63,483 nucleotides of DNA from a virus (IMGVR_UViG_3300034013_000310:1-63483); one strand, 5' to 3'; shown: positions 46,452 to 55,375, counted from the stretch's first letter. Notes: a model not told the origin generated them from the sequence alone. Program-made: numbers and translations.

Positions 46452-48857
46452 ATGACGCACAATGTAACAATATTCAAGACAATAAAAGACACGGACACCC
46501 CATTTTACAGGGATGTAGCGATTGTTCTTGAGAGAATTAAAAACGGCACGGCCTCAACAAAGGACATCATAAAGCGAATAAGACAAGAGAAAAACAAGTC
46601 TGAGCGTAATGAGATTAAAAAAGAATTACCGGCTATATGCTTTAGTGGAACATTCAAAAAAAGATTAGACTCTGCGATAGAGCAACACTCCGGGTTAGTA
46701 TGTTTGGACTTTGATGGATACACTAAGCAAAAAGATTTACTGCAAGACAAAGAGATGCTGTGTAAAAGCAAGCATGTATTCTCTGTTTTTGTATCCCCTT
46801 CCGGAAATGGTTTAAAGGTTCTTGTAAAGATACCTGCCGATCCGGAGAATCATACAAACTACTTCAATAGCCTTGAGAAGCATTTTAACAGCCCTTATTT
46901 CGACAAAACGAGCAAAAACCTATCTAGGGTATGCTACGAGTCTTATGACCCCTTAATTTACGTTAATTTCAATTCTTCTGTTTGGGATGTTATTGAGGAG
47001 CCGGAATATGTAGAGGTTAGTAAGTTCAGAGACCAACCTACTATCGCTATTACTGACGAGAACAAAATCGTAGATATCCTAATCAAGTGGTGGCAGAAGA
47101 AGTACCCTATGAATGAGGGACAAAGAAACCACAATACTTACATCTTGGCAATGGCTTTTAATGATTTCGGTATCAATAAGAGTTTGGCCGGGTACGTTCT
47201 CAACCAGTTCGCAACCGATGACTTTACGCTGAAGGAGATATCTGCTACGATAGACTCCGCGTATAGACATACAGAGAACTTCGGAACCAAGTACTATGAG
47301 GATGAGGAGCGAATAAATCAAATCAGAGCAAAGCTTAGACGTGGTGTATCAAAAAAAGAGATACGCTATCAGATGCTTGACTCCAATCTTGATAGTGACA
47401 CCATCGATGCTGTTCTAAACAAAGTCGAGAGTGAGAACTCAAAGATGACGTTTTGGACTAAGAACGACAAGGGAGTTATAAAGATTGAGCACATACTCTT
47501 CAAACAGTTCCTTGAGGACTCAGGGTTTTATAAGTTCTGCCCGGAAGGTAGTAGAAACTATGTGTTTGTAAAAGTTACCAACAACCTAATCGATCACACA
47601 TCGGAGAAGGAGATAAAGGACTTCGTACTAAACCACTTGATAGAGCTTGACGACTACAGTGTCTACAATTATTTCGCTGACAATACAAGGTTTTTTAAAG
47701 ACGAGTTCTTAACCTTGCTTGCCACTATCGAGATATACTTTATCGCTGATACAAAGGACACAGCTTATTTGTACTACAAGAACTGCGCTGTGAAGATTAC
47801 TAAAGATGGCGTACATGCTATTGACTACCTTGACCTTGGTGGTTATGTATGGAAAGACCATGTGATTGATAGGAATTTCAACATGTGCGATGTTACCGGT
47901 GACTGCGACTTTATGCAGTTCATTTGGAATATCAATGGCAGCGATGAAAGTAGAGTAAGAACCATGGAGAGTACAATAGGATTCTTGATGCATGGATATA
48001 AAAACCTATCTTTCTGTCCGGCTGTCATATTGAACGATGAGGTTATCAGTGACAACCCGGAGGGCGGTACTGGTAAGGGCATCATTATGAATGCTCTTTC
48101 TCAAATGAAGAAGCTTGTTGTTATCGATGGTAAGTCTTTCAACTTTGAGAAGTCATTCCCTTATCAGTTAGTATCTGCCGACACTCAAATACTTTGCTTT
48201 GATGACGTTAAAAAACACTTTGACTTTGAGAGATTGTTCTCTGTCATTACAGAGGGTTTAACTCTTGAGAAGAAGAATAAAGATGCTATCAAGATACCAT
48301 TTGGTAAATCACCAAAGGTTGCAATTACTACCAACTATGCTATTAAGGGCGCCGGTAATTCATTTGCGAGACGTAAGTGGGAACTTGAGCTTCACCAGTA
48401 CTACAACATGAACTTTACCCCTAAAGATGAGTTCGGAAGAATGATGTTTGGTGATTGGAATGATGATGATTGGTGTGAGTTCGATAACTATATGATTGGA
48501 TGCTTGATGTTTTACCTGGCTAATGGTCTTGTGAAGTCTAAGTTTGTGAATCTAAAGATACGACAACTATCTGCTGAGACTTGCCACGAGTTTATTGAGT
48601 GGTGTGGTTTAGTAGACAACAACGACAAGAGTACTCCGCTACCTTCGAATGTTAGGCTCTACAAGAATGAGTTGTACAACAACTTTGTAGATGAGTATCC
48701 TGACTATGGCTCAAGAGGGAAAATGACTATAAGCAGGACTAAGTTTTACAAGTGGCTTGTAGCTTACGCTATTTACAAAGAAGGCATTATGCCGGAAGAA
48801 GACCGAGACCACATAGGAAGATGGATAATCATTAAAAAGAAACCGGATGAAAAATAG
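46452..48857 (+). CDS. Primase-helicase (BT4734/VirE-N-like N-terminus, PriCT, SF3-type P-loop)
   Basis: KK.LP.ICFSG.F, CLDFD, SPSG.GLK, SR.CY.SYDP, G.RN, PEGGTGKG Walker A, CFDD Walker B, ITTN. Confidence 0.85.
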   Translation: MTHNVTIFKTIKDTDTPFYRDVAIVLERIKNGTASTKDIIKRIRQEKNKSERNEIKKELPAICFSGTFKKRLDSAIEQHSGLVCLDFDGYTKQKDLLQDKEMLCKSKHVFSVFVSPSGNGLKVLVKIPADPENHTNYFNSLEKHFNSPYFDKTSKNLSRVCYESYDPLIYVNFNSSVWDVIEEPEYVEVSKFRDQPTIAITDENKIVDILIKWWQKKYPMNEGQRNHNTYILAMAFNDFGINKSLAGYVLNQFATDDFTLKEISATIDSAYRHTENFGTKYYEDEERINQIRAKLRRGVSKKEIRYQMLDSNLDSDTIDAVLNKVESENSKMTFWTKNDKGVIKIEHILFKQFLEDSGFYKFCPEGSRNYVFVKVTNNLIDHTSEKEIKDFVLNHLIELDDYSVYNYFADNTRFFKDEFLTLLATIEIYFIADTKDTAYLYYKNCAVKITKDGVHAIDYLDLGGYVWKDHVIDRNFNMCDVTGDCDFMQFIWNINGSDESRVRTMESTIGFLMHGYKNLSFCPAVILNDEVISDNPEGGTGKGIIMNALSQMKKLVVIDGKSFNFEKSFPYQLVSADTQILCFDDVKKHFDFERLFSVITEGLTLEKKNKDAIKIPFGKSPKVAITTNYAIKGAGNSFARRKWELELHQYYNMNFTPKDEFGRMMFGDWNDDDWCEFDNYMIGCLMFYLANGLVKSKFVNLKIRQLSAETCHEFIEWCGLVDNNDKSTPLPSNVRLYKNELYNNFVDEYPDYGSRGKMTISRTKFYKWLVAYAIYKEGIMPEEDRDHIGRWIIIKKKPDEK

Positions 48858-49332
48858 AATCAATGAGATATTCGGTGGCGACATCGACGATACTGAATCC
48901 AAGCACAATAATTCTCTTTGTAGAATTGCTTATTGCGGATACTTAAAGTACCGACTTGGGTATAGATGCAAAGAGATTTCAGATATTACAAATTTCAAAG
49001 TAGGAACTATCCGTAAAAGACTTGATAAACACAGGTCTTTTATGGCGGTTGACAAAATCTACAGATCAAAATTCAAACAAATTATGAGTCCAAAAGAAGA
49101 GGCAGAGTGCTGCCACACAATAGCTAGCTTGGTTATTCTTTTAGCAGACAAGATGGATGAACTTATGCCGGATACAAAGATGGCTAGTGATTTCAAAGAG
49201 AAAGCAAAAGAGCTTATGCCAATAGCAGAGTCAATGATGGAAGCTGCGTTTGATGTAGAAGAGGTAAAAACCTCAACATATATCAACGATCTTTCAAATA
49301 AAATCGATACGGTAATTAGAAAAAAACTTTAA
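48847..49332 (+). CDS. Putative HTH protein
   Basis: KEISD......TIR..L helix-turn-helix-like segment. Confidence 0.45.
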   Translation: MKNRINEIFGGDIDDTESKHNNSLCRIAYCGYLKYRLGYRCKEISDITNFKVGTIRKRLDKHRSFMAVDKIYRSKFKQIMSPKEEAECCHTIASLVILLADKMDELMPDTKMASDFKEKAKELMPIAESMMEAAFDVEEVKTSTYINDLSNKIDTVIRKKL

Positions 49333-49341
49333 GCAAGTAGT

Positions 49342-49536
49342 ATGACTTTAAGAGAAAAATTTAGAAAAGCAGACAAGGAAAGCTTGTCTTCGGAAGATAT
49401 GGCAAATAGATGTATTGCTATATGCGATGAATTATTAATTAATTTTTTAGAGTGGATGCATAACGATAGTACTCATGCTGTTGTTCCGACTGACGTTTTA
49501 AAACTATTTAAGGAAAATTATGAAAAAGAAAAATAA
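49342..49536 (+). CDS. Small protein, MTL.EKF paralogue 1
   Basis: Shared motif with 52489 and 52707. Confidence 0.55.
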   Translation: MTLREKFRKADKESLSSEDMANRCIAICDELLINFLEWMHNDSTHAVVPTDVLKLFKENYEKEK

Positions 49537-49709
49537 AGAAGAGTTAGAAAGAATCAAAGCTGAAGCTAAGCTTGTTTTTATATCGATAGTTATGTTCTTT
49601 TTGTTTGTTTTATTTTTATACATTATCATAAAATGAAAAGACAGTATATAAGGGCCTTTATTGCCTTGGTTTACTTCGTAATTATATTTTTAATCTTAAT
49701 TTTTACACT

Positions 49710-50045
49710 ATGACAAAAGAACAAAGAATCCACGTTGGTATGGTGAATTCATTCAATATTATAACCGGTAAAGCTAATATCGATCAGATTATCGACGCTG
49801 GCATCGCTGTATTCGCGCATGAACCAAACTCAGATATAGGAAAGAAGAACATTGAGTTTATGATTTACTATTTCAGAGAGCAGGAAATGTACGAGGAATG
49901 TTCAGAGCTTTCTAAATTCGTAGAAGAAACCTTCAACGAAGATGGAACTTACAAAGAGAATTTCTGCGAATGCGAGAGGCCAAAGATTGTAGAGTACACT
50001 AAAAGAGTAAAGTGTGGAACATGCAACATGAGGATAAAAGTATAA
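49710..50045 (+). CDS. Hypothetical protein with a C-terminal Zn-ribbon
   Basis: CEC...CGTC. Confidence 0.55.
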   Translation: MTKEQRIHVGMVNSFNIITGKANIDQIIDAGIAVFAHEPNSDIGKKNIEFMIYYFREQEMYEECSELSKFVEETFNEDGTYKENFCECERPKIVEYTKRVKCGTCNMRIKV

Positions 50046-50839
50046 TAGAGATAACCCCTGGGTTTACTTACAAGAATATGTGGGATTACTGCGAGGCCTT
50101 AAAAGAAGTCATCGATATAGAGATAGAAGTTCAAGAAGGTCGCGGAAGAAACATCATCACAAAGCAGGTTTTTAAGCACAATATTCCGGATGAGGTTAGG
50201 CAGAGAATTTACAATAGCTGCGAGTATTATAAAGGACTTTTTAAACAATCTATGAATTCAGAATCAGGTATCCAATTTAGAGATTATCAAACAAGGATAA
50301 TCTATGAAGGCTCTAAGATTATTCAGCAGCATGGCTTCGTGTACTTGGCTATGGAGGTTAGAACCGGAAAGACACTGACTAGCCTTGGAATCGCATCAAA
50401 GATTTCAAGCCACAAGGTTTTGTTTTTAACAAAAAAGAAGGCTATTAGTAGTATTCAGAGGGATTACGACCTACTTAACCCTATCTATCATTTAACAGTT
50501 ACTAACTACGAAAGTTTACACAAGGTAGAAGGATCTGATTGGGATTTGATAATTTGTGATGAAGCGCATTCCTGCTTTTTAGAAGATACTTTAATAGATG
50601 GTATAAAAATAAAAGACATAAAGTTGGGGAGTTTCCAAAAAAGTTTTAACTTTGCAAAAGGAATTTATGAATATAAAAAAGTATTAAATGTATTTAAAAA
50701 TCCTTTAACTGAAAATTTAATAAAAATAAAATGTAATGGAAAAGAAATTGTATGCACCGAAAGCCACAAAATTTTTACAAAAAGAGGATGGGTTAAAGCA
50801 GGAGAGCTGTTATCCACAGATGAACTGCAAGTTTTGTGA
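50012..50839 (+). CDS. SF2 (SNF2-like) helicase N-extein fused to split-intein N-half
   Basis: FRDYQ, MEVRTGKT Walker A, ICDEAHS Walker B, then CFLEDTLI (block A) and CTESHKIF...GW.KA.EL (block B), then stop. Confidence 0.9.
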   Translation: MWNMQHEDKSIIEITPGFTYKNMWDYCEALKEVIDIEIEVQEGRGRNIITKQVFKHNIPDEVRQRIYNSCEYYKGLFKQSMNSESGIQFRDYQTRIIYEGSKIIQQHGFVYLAMEVRTGKTLTSLGIASKISSHKVLFLTKKKAISSIQRDYDLLNPIYHLTVTNYESLHKVEGSDWDLIICDEAHSCFLEDTLIDGIKIKDIKLGSFQKSFNFAKGIYEYKKVLNVFKNPLTENLIKIKCNGKEIVCTESHKIFTKRGWVKAGELLSTDELQVL

Positions 50840-51571
50840 TAAGCCTTTAACTGATTCTCAGATTTACGAATACTTAAGAGGAAAAACTAAAGGATGTTGT
50901 TCAAGATTTTGCGGTAGTCTATATTTTTATTATGAAAAAGCTATTAGCTTACCTAAGTATAAAATAAAAAATGGAAGAAAAAGAAAATTATTCAGTGGAG
51001 TCTGTACAGTTTGTAGTTCAGAATTTGAATCTACAGTAAAAGTTCAGAAAACTTGTAGTTCAAAATGTGCAGGAAATTTATCTTCTATAAGAATGACTGA
51101 AAAAAATCCAATGCTTAATAAAGAAGTGAGAGATAAGGTTTCAGAAACATTAAAAAGAATTGGTCATAAACCAATTAAGCAAGGAGGGAATGGAAGGGGA
51201 AATACAACGGAACAGCAGTTTCTATATAATGAATTGTTAAAAATTAATAAGTCATTTGTTTGTGAGTACATATTTAAAACAAAAGATTTCAATGAAGAAA
51301 AAATATATCCAAATCATTACAAAATAGATATAGCTTCAGAAGAATTAATGATAGCAATAGAAGTAGATGGAAGAAGTCATAACAGTTTAAAAGTAAAAGA
51401 ATGCGACAAGAAAAAAACAGACCTATTAATTTCGCAAGGGTGGAAAGTATTGAGGTTATCAAACTCACAGATACAGAAAGAATTAGAGAGCTGTGTCCAA
51501 GCGGTTATGTTTATGATTTAGAAATAGAAGATAATCATAACTACTTAGCAGAAAATATATTAGTTCATAAC
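50573..51571 (+). mobile_element. Split intein + homing endonuclease insertion
   Basis: IntN 50573-50836 (88 aa), endonuclease ORF, IntC 51401-51571 (57 aa); AT-richer than its flanks. Confidence 0.85.
50820..51521 (+). CDS. Vsr/DUF559-like homing endonuclease with Cys-rich DNA-binding repeats
   Basis: CKFC, CSRFC, CTVC, CSSKC, NPM; YKIDIA, AIEVDG.SH, D..K...L...GWKVLR. Confidence 0.85.
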   Translation: MNCKFCDKPLTDSQIYEYLRGKTKGCCSRFCGSLYFYYEKAISLPKYKIKNGRKRKLFSGVCTVCSSEFESTVKVQKTCSSKCAGNLSSIRMTEKNPMLNKEVRDKVSETLKRIGHKPIKQGGNGRGNTTEQQFLYNELLKINKSFVCEYIFKTKDFNEEKIYPNHYKIDIASEELMIAIEVDGRSHNSLKVKECDKKKTDLLISQGWKVLRLSNSQIQKELESCVQAVMFMI

Positions 51572-52492
51572 TGCGGCGCATTCCCTAAGCCAAGTAATAG
51601 AGCTGTTCAAATAAAAGACTTGATAGCCAAGACTAAGGCTAAAGTGATATTGCTTTCAGGAACGCCTACTCCGGAGTCATACTCTCAAATGTATCACCAG
51701 GTTTATGGTATACCGAACAGCCCTTTCCGAGAGTTTAAAACTTTCTACAGATTTTGTGATAAATTTGTAAATGTAAAAACCAAGATAATCAACAGTTTAA
51801 AAATGAACGACTACTCTGATGGTATGTATACCATACTTGAAGAGATGGCTCCATTCACAATAAACTATACTCAAGAAGAGGCTGGCTTTATTGCTAAAAC
51901 CACTGAGGAGATTATGGAGGTTCCGCTGAAAGATTCAACCTACAAGCTTATATCTAAACTGAAGAGAGATTTAGTTGTTGAAGGCAAAGAAGAAGTGATA
52001 CTTGCTGATACACCGGTAAAGTTGATGAGTAAAGTTCATCAGCTTTTTTCCGGAACCATAAAGTTCGAGAGTGGCAAATCAATGGTATTGGATACTTCAA
52101 AGGCTGAGTTTATAAAAGAGACTTTCATGGGTTGTCAGATAGGGATATTCTACAAGTTCAAAGAAGAGCTAGAAGCATTGAAGCAGGTATTTGAAGATGA
52201 ACTTACTACAGATTTGGATGAGTTCAACTCGACTTATAAGAATATAGCCTTACAGATAGTGTCGGGCCGGGAGGGTATATCATTGAAGAAGGCTGACTAC
52301 TTAGTCTATTATAACATTGACTTTAGCGCAACAAGTTATTGGCAGTCTAAAGATAGGATGACCACCAAAGATAGACTCGAGAATCAAATATTTTGGATTT
52401 TCTCCAAAGGAGGTATCGAGCATGAGATTTACAAAGCAGTAACAAAAAAGAAAGACTATACGCTTTCTCACTTTAAAAAAGATTTTTTATGA
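51401..52492 (+). CDS. Split-intein C-half fused to helicase C-extein
   Basis: VYDLEIEDNHNYLAENILVHN|C (blocks F/G, +1 Cys), then GAFPKP, LSGTP, SGREGISL, Q..DR helicase motifs. Confidence 0.9.
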   Translation: MRQEKNRPINFARVESIEVIKLTDTERIRELCPSGYVYDLEIEDNHNYLAENILVHNCGAFPKPSNRAVQIKDLIAKTKAKVILLSGTPTPESYSQMYHQVYGIPNSPFREFKTFYRFCDKFVNVKTKIINSLKMNDYSDGMYTILEEMAPFTINYTQEEAGFIAKTTEEIMEVPLKDSTYKLISKLKRDLVVEGKEEVILADTPVKLMSKVHQLFSGTIKFESGKSMVLDTSKAEFIKETFMGCQIGIFYKFKEELEALKQVFEDELTTDLDEFNSTYKNIALQIVSGREGISLKKADYLVYYNIDFSATSYWQSKDRMTTKDRLENQIFWIFSKGGIEHEIYKAVTKKKDYTLSHFKKDFL

Positions 52493-52710
52493 CACTAAAA
52501 GACAAGTTTGCAAAAGCCACAAATAAAGGCAGTTATTATGTTATCCCGATTATAGAGGATGCTGAGATAATAGAGAAGATTGCTGATGAGTTCGCTATCG
52601 TGTTTGCTAAGTGGCTTAGAGAGAATGATATCCCTGAGAATGCGGAGAAGTATTTTGGTTATTCAGATTCAGATATGTTAGAAGAATTTAAAAAAGAAAA
52701 AGGATTATGA
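52489..52710 (+). CDS. Small protein, MTL.EKF paralogue 2
   Basis: ADEFAI.FA.WL...EKGL. Confidence 0.55.
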   Translation: MTLKDKFAKATNKGSYYVIPIIEDAEIIEKIADEFAIVFAKWLRENDIPENAEKYFGYSDSDMLEEFKKEKGL

Positions 52711-52895
52711 CACTAAAAGAAAAGTTTTCACTAATATTAATGGAATTTTGGTCAAGTGATTGGGAAAGTAAATGCGAACAAGAAGCAGAAGATTTTGCTA
52801 TTGGTTTTGCAGAGTGGCTTATTAAAAGAGAAACAAAATATTTTGAATCACTTAAAGAACTATTAGAAATCTATAAACAAGAGAAAGGATTATGA
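52707..52895 (+). CDS. Small protein, MTL.EKF paralogue 3
   Basis: AEDFAIGFAEWL...EKGL. Confidence 0.55.
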   Translation: MTLKEKFSLILMEFWSSDWESKCEQEAEDFAIGFAEWLIKRETKYFESLKELLEIYKQEKGL

Positions 52896-53236
52896 AAACA
52901 GTTCAAGAAATAAATGTAGCGATCAGTGATAATGTTGCTCTTATGAAGAGAGATGGGACGCTGCATAGAACATATAAGCTTCTTGCGAAGAAAAATAAAT
53001 TTCTTCAAGAGATAATTATGTACCTTGAGACCAATCCAAAGCTTGAGTTTTTGCAGTCTGAAAGGGATAGGTTATCTAAGCTTATATCCTCTAAAGAAGA
53101 GCAGTATGATTATTGGTCAAGAAATATTTGCGATAAGTCATTGGAAGTGAAGAAAAGAAAAAGTACTTTTGATAGAGAATTGGGAATCACCAATTTAAAG
53201 AGACAACTCAAAACCATTAAATTCATATTGACATGA
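52892..53236 (+). CDS. Hypothetical protein
   Basis: ATGA-coupled ORF. Confidence 0.55.
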   Translation: MKTVQEINVAISDNVALMKRDGTLHRTYKLLAKKNKFLQEIIMYLETNPKLEFLQSERDRLSKLISSKEEQYDYWSRNICDKSLEVKKRKSTFDRELGITNLKRQLKTIKFILT

Positions 53237-53517
53237 GAAACAAGTTAGCCGGCAAGCACCCTTCTTACGATAAGTTGGGTATGTCAGAGGAAAGAAAAAA
53301 GAAAAAGCTTGAGTACGACAAGAAGTATCAGGCTACAGAGAAGCGTAAAAAGTACAGAGCCGAACTCAATAAGGCTAATCGAGATGCCGGAACATACGGT
53401 AAAATGACAGATATAGGTAAAGATCGTAGTCATAAAAAAGATGGTTCAATGACTTTAGAAGATAAAAGTAAAAATCGTAGCAGAAACGGACAAAATAAAA
53501 AAAGCACAAAGAAATGA
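53233..53517 (+). CDS. Small basic HNH-like protein
   Basis: KD.SHKKDG......S.NR.RNG. Confidence 0.5.
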   Translation: MRNKLAGKHPSYDKLGMSEERKKKKLEYDKKYQATEKRKKYRAELNKANRDAGTYGKMTDIGKDRSHKKDGSMTLEDKSKNRSRNGQNKKSTKK

Positions 53518-53846
53518 TAAAGTGTATCTGTGTAGATGATAGAGAAAAACCAAGTCGTATACCTCAAGAAAAGTGGGTTAAAAAAGGTCAGGAGTACACT
53601 CTTGCCTTCAGTATGACTGTACATCCTCAAAAGAAATTAGCGTTTCAACTTCAAGAAATCGACCTTGATGAGAGCTGTAGTCCATATACTTGGTTTCTTG
53701 CCAGCCGATTCTCTTTCAGAGAAGAAGACTTGCCGGCGCTAATAGAGTTTATTCAAGACTGTAACAAGATCACTTTCTCAATTAACGAGTTAATGAATGT
53801 GACTAAAGTAAATGAAAGAGAGCCAAATACAAGCCAAAAAAATTAA
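53514..53846 (+). CDS. Hypothetical protein (KC.C.DD, G.EYT, F.A.RF)
   Basis: ORF track. Confidence 0.55.
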   Translation: MIKCICVDDREKPSRIPQEKWVKKGQEYTLAFSMTVHPQKKLAFQLQEIDLDESCSPYTWFLASRFSFREEDLPALIEFIQDCNKITFSINELMNVTKVNEREPNTSQKN

Positions 53847-53892
53847 AGAGCTGGAATCTCAGGGGTATTACGTTGTAAAGCTTGTAAAGACT
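53812..53892 (+). pseudogene. Orphaned original 5' end of the VRR-NUC gene
   Basis: MKESQIQAKKIKELESQGYYVVKLVKT aligns with MLESKIQRKKIKELESKGYYVIKLITT at 54554; the frame runs into the insert and stops at 53964. Confidence 0.8.
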
Positions 53893-53924
53893 TTATTTTT
53901 TAATTTATTTTTAATACATTTGTA

Positions 53925-54014
53925 TTTGCAATCTCTCACTTGCAAAGAAAAATATTTAGTCTAATGACTAACGACAAAACCTAATAGTGTGTGAGAGCCT
54001 ATTAGGTTTTTGTC
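53925..54014 (+). ncRNA. Three-hairpin leader RNA with complementary loops
   Basis: Loop ctctcac (53933-39) is complementary to loop gtgagag (53991-97); starts just after -7 box tacatttg (53915-22). Confidence 0.55.
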
Positions 54015-54027
54015 ATTTTATAATACT

Positions 54028-54567
54028 ATGGAAATTTGGAGGTCTATTGATAATTACGAAGGTTATGAAATAAGTAATTTAGGGAATATTAAAAGTTTGA
54101 GTAAAAAAATAAAATGCAAAAATGGTTTTAGAATTACAAAAGAAAAAATACTAAAATTAAAAAAAACAAAAGGAGGATATTTATCTTTACAGTTAAAAAA
54201 TAAAGGAAAACACTTTTTAGTTCACAGGCTTGTTGCTTTAGCTTTTATTCAAAACCCTGATAATAAACCACAAATAAATCATATCAACGGAATAAAAGAT
54301 GATAATAGAGTTGATAATTTAGAATGGTGTAATCAGTCGGAGAATCAAATTCACGCTTATAAAAATAGGCTGCAAATGCCAAGTGCGCATAAAAGAGCTT
54401 TTGGAGAGAATCAAGGATGTTCAAAGCTAAAAGAAAAAGATGTTTATTTTATTTTAAAGAACTATAAAAAAGGAAGAGGTATAGAATTTGCTAAAATTTT
54501 CAATGTTTCACAAACCACAATTTTAAATATTGTTAATAAAAAAATTTGGACTCATGTTAGAATCTAA
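54028..54567 (+). CDS. NUMOD4-HNH homing endonuclease
   Basis: EIWR.I..YEGYEISNLG.IKS, VHRLVA.AFI.NP, INHINGIK.DNRV.NLEWC...EN..HA. Confidence 0.92.
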   Translation: MEIWRSIDNYEGYEISNLGNIKSLSKKIKCKNGFRITKEKILKLKKTKGGYLSLQLKNKGKHFLVHRLVALAFIQNPDNKPQINHINGIKDDNRVDNLEWCNQSENQIHAYKNRLQMPSAHKRAFGENQGCSKLKEKDVYFILKNYKKGRGIEFAKIFNVSQTTILNIVNKKIWTHVRI

Positions 54568-54796
54568 AATACAAAGAAAAAAAATAAAAGAACTTGAAAG
54601 TAAGGGTTATTATGTAATAAAACTTATTACTACAAATCGACCTGGCGTCCCTGATATTTTAGCTATACCTCCCGGCTCGGACATTCTAATGATAGAAGTT
54701 AAAGGGCCAAGCGGAAAGACATCACCATTGCAGGATTTTAGAATAAAAGAGCTGCGAGACCACGGAATAAACGTTGAAGTATATAAACCACTCTAA
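54554..54796 (+). CDS. VRR-NUC nuclease (Holliday-junction resolvase-like)
   Basis: ES.IQ, G.PD, IEVK...G..S.LQ. Confidence 0.85.
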   Translation: MLESKIQRKKIKELESKGYYVIKLITTNRPGVPDILAIPPGSDILMIEVKGPSGKTSPLQDFRIKELRDHGINVEVYKPL

Positions 54797-54990
54797 TGAA
54801 TCCGTTATCAGAAAGCGAGAATGAAAGAGCAAGCAGAATAGCTCGAAGAATAGATGAGTACCATTCTCTTCTTTCTAATATCTACGAGAATATCGTGGAC
54901 AGAGATGTTAAGCTTGTCAAGAAAGACGTTCAGTTTTTGATGATGGAGTTAAGATGTGTATTAAAATCAATAGAAGAGGATGATTTTTGA
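54796..54990 (+). CDS. Hypothetical protein
   Basis: TAATG coupling. Confidence 0.5.
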   Translation: MNPLSESENERASRIARRIDEYHSLLSNIYENIVDRDVKLVKKDVQFLMMELRCVLKSIEEDDF

Positions 54991-55375
54991 TAAAGATGTC
55001 GCGATAAAAGAAAAAGCGATGAACACCTTCGTGAATACTTTTGGAGGATCATTTAAAAAATTAGATCCTCTTGATGTGGACTATAAAATATTCAACAAAG
55101 ACAATGCGTTAATCGCTTATGCTGTTGTTGTTCCGGTTCCAAGAATGATAAAAGACTCGTATCCTATACCGGTGGAAGCCAAGAAAGCTGTAAAGCTTAT
55201 TGATAAAAGATTGGCGCCGGTGATTATATGGGCTTGTGAGAATGGAATAATCTACGGAAAAGCCAACAAAATAAGAGGAGATGTCAAGTGGAGTAAAATT
55301 ACCACTAACGACACCTCCGAACTTATTATCTACTATGACAAGCAGAAAGAATTGAAGTATGTAAGATACTCTTGA
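54980..55375 (+). CDS. Hypothetical protein (possibly degenerate PD-(D/E)XK fold)
   Basis: Last plus-strand ORF; its stop abuts the convergent giant gene. Confidence 0.5.
   Translation: MIFDKDVAIKEKAMNTFVNTFGGSFKKLDPLDVDYKIFNKDNALIAYAVVVPVPRMIKDSYPIPVEAKKAVKLIDKRLAPVIIWACENGIIYGKANKIRGDVKWSKITTNDTSELIIYYDKQKELKYVRYS

Noticed and set aside
50736-50819. Longer N-terminus of the endonuclease from the ORF track
   Set aside because: It is a shadow of the IntN block B coding sequence; MNCKFC at 50820 is the more plausible start
53893-54553. Group I intron in the VRR-NUC gene
   Set aside because: No P7/core elements are visible, there is no non-coding space after the HNH ORF, and the duplicated 5' exon makes splicing unnecessary
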